Below, piece by piece: positions 58,395 to 64,000 of a DNA stretch of 64,000 bases. Origin of the DNA: Candidatus Latescibacterota bacterium (GTDB lineage: Bacteria > Latescibacterota > UBA2968 > UBA8231). The translations under genes were made by a program, and so were the position numbers. Below the pieces are notes generated by a model that worked only from the letters and a program-made list of their open reading frames with translations, was not told the DNA's origin and did not search any database. The DNA is taken from assembly GCA_965248355.1 (NCBI GenBank), contig OZ252098.1, forward strand, positions 5,056,001-5,120,000, written 5' to 3'. Every line of letters starts with the position of its first letter. The first letter of the stretch is position 1.

Positions 58395-61168
58395 GGCATT
58401 GTCCCGATCTTAGTTGAAATAACACAGGCTCCCATCGTTACGTTTGATACGAGAAATCCCCAAGAAGCCTCGTATCGGTAACCCAAGGAGCCTGCCATGA
58501 GCAAGCTACAAGCACGGAAGAAGGGCGTCAAACGGACCGTGGCCATCGGCCCCGTGAACCGCCAAGCCACCGCGTCGATGGACGATCTGGAGACTCGCAT
58601 CGAGGTCATCCAGCTGCTGATCCCTTTGGGTCTGCAGGCGGTCTCGGAGGAGCTGCAGCAGTCGGTCGAGGCCTTGGCCGGACCTCGGTATCAGCGCAAG
58701 GGTCCGGATCAGGCGTTGCGCCGCTGGGGGGCGCAGGCCGGGTCGGTGTACCTGGGCGATCAGAAACTGCCGGTCGAGGTGCCGCGCGTGCGCGATGTGG
58801 TCCGCGGCACCGAGGTCCCGCTGGAGGCCTATCAGGCCCTGCAGACGCCGAGGCAGATGGACCAGGGGCTGTTGTTGCGGGTGCTGAAGGGCTTGGCCAC
58901 GCGCAACTACGAGGCCTGCGCCGAGACCGTCCCGCAAGCCTTCGGTCTGTCCCGTTCCTCGGTCTCTCGCCGGTACGTGAAAGGCACGGCGCGCAAGCTG
59001 GCCGAATTCCAGCAGCGATCCTTGGAAGGCTACGACCTGGTGGCGCTGTTTCTGGACGGCAAGAGCTTCGCCGACGAGGAGATCCTCATCGCCCTGGGTG
59101 TGACTCTGGAGGGCCAGAAGGTGCCCTTGGGCTTCGTGCAGGCGGCCACCGAGAACGAGCGCGTCTGTCGCCGCTTCCTGGCGGAGCTGGTCGAGCGGGG
59201 CCTGCCATACGAAGCCGGGCTGCTCGTGGTGATCGATGGAGGCAAGGGCCTGTACAAGGCGGTGCGGTCGGTGCTTCAAGGCCATGCCTGCGTGCAGCGA
59301 TGCCAGTATCACAAGCGCCAGAACGTGGTCTCGTACCTGCCCAAGAGCGAGCAGGCCGGCCTTCGTCGAAAGCTGGAAGCGGCGTATGGGCACTCGACGT
59401 ACGAGGAGGCCCAAGCCGCCCTGGAGGCGCTGAAACCGGGGTTGCAGTTGATGAACCAGTCGGCCCTGCGCAGCTTGGAGGAAGGCCAGCAAGAAACCCT
59501 CACGCTCCACCGCCTGGGCCTGATGCCGATGCTGAAGGCCTCCTTCCGTACCACCAACTGTATCGAGAACGTCAACAGTCTCCTGGAGCAGTTGACGCAC
59601 AACGTGCGGCGCTGGACCAACTCGTCGCAGCGTCACCGCTGGGTCGCCACGGCGTTGCTCGACATCGAACCTCGCCTGCGCCGGATCAACGGTTACCACC
59701 ACCTGCCGATGCTCCGACAAGCGCTCCAAGCCGAACTCGGCCTCAAACAGCTCGCGATGACGGGCTGACTCATCCACTCGAGGTAGTGTACCCCAAATCC
59801 TGGACAGGTGGCTAAGCGAGACTTTGCGTCCACCGACCCACTGTCCGGAGGGGCTTGGATGACGAGGAAACGCAAGACGCATTCGGCGCAGTTCAAGGCC
59901 AAGGTGGCCTTGGAGGCTCTGCGCGAACGGCAGACAGTCAACGAGCTGGCCCACAAGTTCTCCGTCCACCCCAGCCAGATCCACGGCTGGAAGAAGCAGT
60001 TGCTGGAGCGGCTGCCCGAGGTCTTCCGGGGCCCCGGGACCCGCCGGGGCGACGACGAGGCCGCCTTGGTGCCCGAGCTCTACCAGCAGATCGGGCGGCT
60101 GCAGATGGAACTGGAGTGGCTTCAAAAAAAACACGAGGCTCTCGGTGGCTGAGCGCCGCGCCCTCATCGAGCCGCACCCCGGCCCGCTGAGCGTGCATCG
60201 GCAGTGCCAACTGCTCGGGCTGGCCCGCTCCAGTTTCTACTACCGCCCGGAGGCGCCGGATCGGCTCACCCTCGACCTGATGAACGCCATCGACCGGATC
60301 TACACCGAGCACCCGGTCTACGGCGTGCGCCGGATCTGCGCGGCCCTGAGGCGGGACGGCTACCCGGTCAATCCCAAGCGCGTGCACCGCCTGATGAAGG
60401 CCCTGGGCCTGCAGGCGATCTATCCCCGGCCGCGACCGACTACCCCCAACCCTCAGCACCGGGTCTATCCGTATCTGCTGCGAGGGGTGACCGTGAACCG
60501 GCCGGACCAGGTGTGGTGCAGCGACATCACCTATCTGCCGATGCCCTCCGGCTTCGTCTACCTGGTGGCGGTCATGGACTGGTTCAGCCGCTACGTGCTG
60601 GCCTGGCGGGTCTCCAACACCCTCGACGCGGCCTTCTGCCTGGAGGCCCTGGAGGAAGCCCTGAGCCAGGGGCGGCCGGAGATCTTCAACACCGACCAGG
60701 GGGCCCAGTTCACCAGCACCGCCTTCACCGGGCGGGTCGAGGCGGCCGGGGCCCGGGTGAGCATGGACGGCCGCGGCCGGGTGCTGGACAACATCTTCAT
60801 CGAGCGGCTGTGGCGCTCCCTGAAGTACGAGGACATCTACCTGAAGGCCTACGACAGCGTCCCCGAGTTGATCGAGGGCGTGGCGGCCTACTTCCGCTTC
60901 TACAACCTCGAGCGGCCGCACCAGGCCTTCGACTACGAGACCCCCAGCGATGTCTACCACCGGGCGGCCTGAGCGCGGGGGCTCCTCACGGCCTCGGTGG
61001 CCCGGCCTGGGTGCAAGTCCGGGAGGCGGGGCTTCGGTCCCAGCGCCGGGGCGCAGTACGGCTCCATTACATCTCGAGACTCTCGCTTGTACAAGCCCAA
61101 TTCCTGTCCAGTTGACGGGGTACACTTCCCGAGCCTGGGCTACGTTTCAACTGAAAATGGGACTTGCC
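58395..61168 (+). mobile_element. IS256-family element, copy 2 (transposase 58497-59768) carrying a nested IS3
   Basis: Same IRs as copy 1; 9-bp TSD CGATGGGCC (58386-58394 / 61169-61177). Confidence 0.95.
59782..61129 (+). mobile_element. IS3-family element, copy 2, nested in the IS256 3' end
   Basis: 1348 bp, near-identical to 48464-49811; TSD CGA. Confidence 0.95.
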
Positions 61169-61229
61169 CGATGGGCCACGTCCTTAGGGAACAGCAGAAA
61201 GTCTCTGCCGCCGTCTTTTCCCACGTGTC

Positions 61230-61472
61230 TTAACTCTGCGACGCATCCTTTTTTTCCGCAAGGACTTCACGCACCACTTCGGCGGTCTCCTGCGCGCATT
61301 TCCGCAGCAGCTCGATCTCGTACGGCGTCAGCATCCGGGGAGTGGGCGAGGGCCCTATCAGCCGGTTGAGCTTGACCACCGAAGGAGTGGGCGATCTGTT
61401 GCCGCCATCACCCTCCGAAGGCCGGTACGGGTCCTTGCAGGACTTCACGCGAGTGCTCCGTTTGCCGTTCAT
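61230..61472 (-). CDS. Small hypothetical protein (IGPSP..RMLTPYEIELLR motif), copy B
   Basis: 80 aa ORF; paralogous to the adjacent ORF. Confidence 0.6.
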   Translation of the reverse strand: MNGKRSTRVKSCKDPYRPSEGDGGNRSPTPSVVKLNRLIGPSPTPRMLTPYEIELLRKCAQETAEVVREVLAEKKDASQS

Positions 61473-61733
61473 CCTGGCTTCCGCCCCCGCTGGCGAGTTG
61501 CTCCTGAACAACGGTCTTGATGCTCCTCCGTGGCAACTGAGCTCTGCGACGAATCCTTCCTGGTCGCCAGGACTGCGCTTGCTCTCTCGCAGCAACTCGA
61601 TCTCGTATGGCGTCAACATGCGGCAGCCGGGTGAGGGTCCAATGATCCGCTTGAGCTTGGCCGCCGAAGGAGTGAGCTTGGCGGTCTCGTCATTCCTTTC
61701 CTTCGGCTGCTTCCTGTCGCTTCCAGAAGTCAT
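61469..61733 (-). pseudogene. Small hypothetical protein, copy A, with a short deletion that fuses it to copy B
   Basis: TPSAAKLKRIIGPSPGCRMLTPYEIELLRESK, then shifted frame AVLATRKDSSQS matching copy B EVLAEKKDASQS. Confidence 0.55.
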
Positions 61734-62122
61734 CCAATTGCTCCTGCGCGAGTGCACCCCCCCGCCACCAGCATCAAGGCGTCCACCGGAATGAGCCGCC
61801 CCTGCACGGGGTCTATACCCAGGCCGAAGATCTCCAAAGTGACCGCGCCCAGCAGCGGTTGAGCGCCCTCCTCCTGGAAGACGACCGGCGAGATCTCCTC
61901 GCGGCCATCGAGCCGTATCCAGGTCCGGCCGAAGCCCAGCTCGAGGCGGCGGCCATTGGCGAGGACGAACCTCCGGGCTCCGTGCGCGACGACACCCAGG
62001 CGCTGGAGCATCGAAATCGGAAGGGCCGTGCAGGTCGCCCCGGAATCCACGAGGGCTGCGACGGTCTCGTAGCGGCGGCTCCGAGGATCGGCCACCTCCA
62101 ACGGTACGGTGAATGTTCCCAT
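61730..62122 (-). CDS. Clan AA (retropepsin-like) aspartyl protease
   Basis: ALVDSGAT, LANG flap, LLGAVTLE..GL.IDP. Confidence 0.88.
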   Translation of the reverse strand: MGTFTVPLEVADPRSRRYETVAALVDSGATCTALPISMLQRLGVVAHGARRFVLANGRRLELGFGRTWIRLDGREEISPVVFQEEGAQPLLGAVTLEIFGLGIDPVQGRLIPVDALMLVAGGCTRAGAIG

Positions 62123-62212
62123 ATTCTTCAGGTCCCGTGCGGAACCGGGGTGAAGAGGCACAACCCCATTCCTTGCCCGAAAATATGTATCCAAACGTGT
62201 AGTCACAAGAAC

Positions 62213-64000
62213 ATGCCTCCTCTCCCCGCCCTCCTCCCGCTCCTCCTCCTCCCGCCGCTGCTGGCCGCCCCGTCCCCCGCCGCTCCCGCGCCGGCGCCGG
62301 AGCTGGAAGAGAGGCTCCGCCGCTCCGTGACCGCCCTCTCCGCCCCCGAGTCGCGGATGACCGGCTATCCCGGAATCATCCAGGCCGCCGACTGGCTCAC
62401 CGCCGAACTGGAGGCCATGGGCATCGGGGAGATCCACCGCCACGAGTTCCCCGTGCCCGTGCCGGTGGACGAGGGGTTCCGGCTCGAGGCGGGGGGCGAG
62501 TCCCTGAGGCTATTCGGCCTGTGGCCCAACCTGGCGCGCACGCCGACCCTGCCTCCCGGCGGCCTGGAGGGGGTCCTGGTCAACGGCGGGGACGGCGACG
62601 GCCTGGAGGGGCAGCCGGTGGCCGGTCGCATCGTGCTCCTCGACTACGACTCGGGCCGCGCCTGGGTCGACGCCTTCCACCTGGGGGCCGCGGCCGTGGT
62701 GTTGCTGGAATCGGCGCGGGCCCACCGCAAGGAGGCGGAGCTGAAGTTCCTCGACGTGCCCGCCGACCTGCCGCGGCTCTACGCCCGGGCTCCGGAGGCT
62801 GACCGCCTGCGCCGGCTCGCGCGGGAGGGGGTGCGCGTTCGTCTGTCAGGGCGCATGGTCTGGCGCCGGGCGGAGGGCCGCAACCTGGTGGCCGTGATCG
62901 AGGGGCGGGACCCGGACCTGCGCCGGGAGGCGATCCTGCTGACCGCCCACTACGACGCCGTCTCGCCGGTGCCGGCCCTGACGCCGGGGGCGGAGCAGGC
63001 CTCCGGCGCCGCGGCCCTGCTGGAGCTGGCCCGGGGCCTGGCGGCGCAACCGCCGCCGCGCACGGTGGTGCTCCTGTGGACGGCCGGCCACTTCCAGAAC
63101 CTGGCCGGCATGCGCCACTTCACGCCGCTGCTGCTGCAGGCGGCGGGACGGCGAGAGGACCAGGTGAAGGACTCGCCCCTGTTGCGGCGGCTCTCCGGGC
63201 TGGACCTGCGCTTCCTGGCCGGCCTCGACCTGTCGGCGCGCAGCTCGCGGCTGGGGGTGTTCAAGCCGCGGGACCCCTACCGCACCTCGCTGCTGGTCCC
63301 CCCGGTCACGGCCCGCATCCTGGCGCTGGCCGCCGCCTACGAGGACTCGGCCGCGGGGGGCGCCCTGCAACTGGTCAACGGGCTCAAGCCGGATCTGGCC
63401 CGCCAGGGTCTCGGCGGCCTGGCGCTCACCGTGCCCCTCGACGCGTCCGTGGCGGCCCTGGCCGGGTGCCCCTCCCTGGCCTTCGTCACCGTCAACGACA
63501 GCCGCGCCGGCTTCGACTCGCCCACGGATTTCGCCGACCAGCTCTCCCTGGGCCCCCTGGCGCGGCAGGTCGACCTGCTCGCGCACCTGGTGGCCGGCCT
63601 GGCGGGGGATCCCCGGCTGCCGGACTGGGCCTGGGGCGACGACGCCTTCGGCACCGTCCACGGCGAGGTCGTCCACTACGGCCCCCGCAGCTATCTGCCC
63701 GACCAGCCCACGGCCGGCGCCCTGGTGCGGGTCCGTCTTCGCCAGCCCACCCTGGCCGGGGTGCGGCCCGACTTCTGGGCGGTGGCCGGCGACTCGGGCC
63801 GCTACCGCATTCCGGGCGTGGAGTCGGGTCTCATCTACACGCAGCCGGCGCGCCTTGAGGCCTACGGGCCGGACGCGGAGACGGGAGCCGTGACCCAGGC
63901 CCCGGACTGGGGCGTCAACGGCGAGCGCCGGCTGCCGAGGCGGGCCCTGACCGTGGTCATGGACGGCGAGGAGGAGGAGGTGCAGATCGTCACCGCCCCG
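62213..64000 (+). CDS. Large exported M28-peptidase-domain protein (3' end outside window)
   Basis: Signal peptide, SRMTGYPG, NLVAVIEG, LTAHYDA..GAEQASGAAALLELAR; open to the window end. Confidence 0.75.
   Translation, partial: MPPLPALLPLLLLPPLLAAPSPAAPAPAPELEERLRRSVTALSAPESRMTGYPGIIQAADWLTAELEAMGIGEIHRHEFPVPVPVDEGFRLEAGGESLRLFGLWPNLARTPTLPPGGLEGVLVNGGDGDGLEGQPVAGRIVLLDYDSGRAWVDAFHLGAAAVVLLESARAHRKEAELKFLDVPADLPRLYARAPEADRLRRLAREGVRVRLSGRMVWRRAEGRNLVAVIEGRDPDLRREAILLTAHYDAVSPVPALTPGAEQASGAAALLELARGLAAQPPPRTVVLLWTAGHFQNLAGMRHFTPLLLQAAGRREDQVKDSPLLRRLSGLDLRFLAGLDLSARSSRLGVFKPRDPYRTSLLVPPVTARILALAAAYEDSAAGGALQLVNGLKPDLARQGLGGLALTVPLDASVAALAGCPSLAFVTVNDSRAGFDSPTDFADQLSLGPLARQVDLLAHLVAGLAGDPRLPDWAWGDDAFGTVHGEVVHYGPRSYLPDQPTAGALVRVRLRQPTLAGVRPDFWAVAGDSGRYRIPGVESGLIYTQPARLEAYGPDAETGAVTQAPDWGVNGERRLPRRALTVVMDGEEEEVQIVTAP

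Overview
High-GC bacterial chromosome segment; the gene content suggests an FCB-group/Latescibacterota-like or similar organism, which is inference only. 1-36 kb is mostly core/catabolic: a partial TonB receptor, ilvB-ilvN, four M19 dipeptidase paralogues, an acyl-CoA synthetase, a ~9.4-kb Calx-beta autotransporter adhesin, an MFS transporter, an Omp85 protein, an AbrB-Doc TA pair, a TonB receptor + DUF4249 lipoprotein, MlrC, divergent CDF/ZIP metal transporters and a sulfatase. 36-62 kb is a defence-rich accessory region. It holds a small island at the 3' end of tmRNA (TIGR02391, orphan AbiEi, an IS256-split ABC-ATPase with a TOPRIM-like partner) and a type I-G (I-U) CRISPR-Cas locus (cas3, cas8g, cas7, csb2, cas4-cas1, cas2, 8-repeat array). 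That locus is unusual in four ways: Csb2 carries two Cas6-like domains; a HEPN gene pair, two AAA-ATPase paralogues and a small SxxxEG protein sit between the interference and adaptation modules; cas4-cas1 has two internal deletions; and a coupled aspartyl protease + tandem micro-paralogue cassette heads the same strand. Two IS256 and two IS3-family copies (one IS3 nested in an IS256) all have exact TSDs. Several single-base frameshifts, some in G runs, suggest assembly indel errors. Family assignments come from motif recognition, not database searches.
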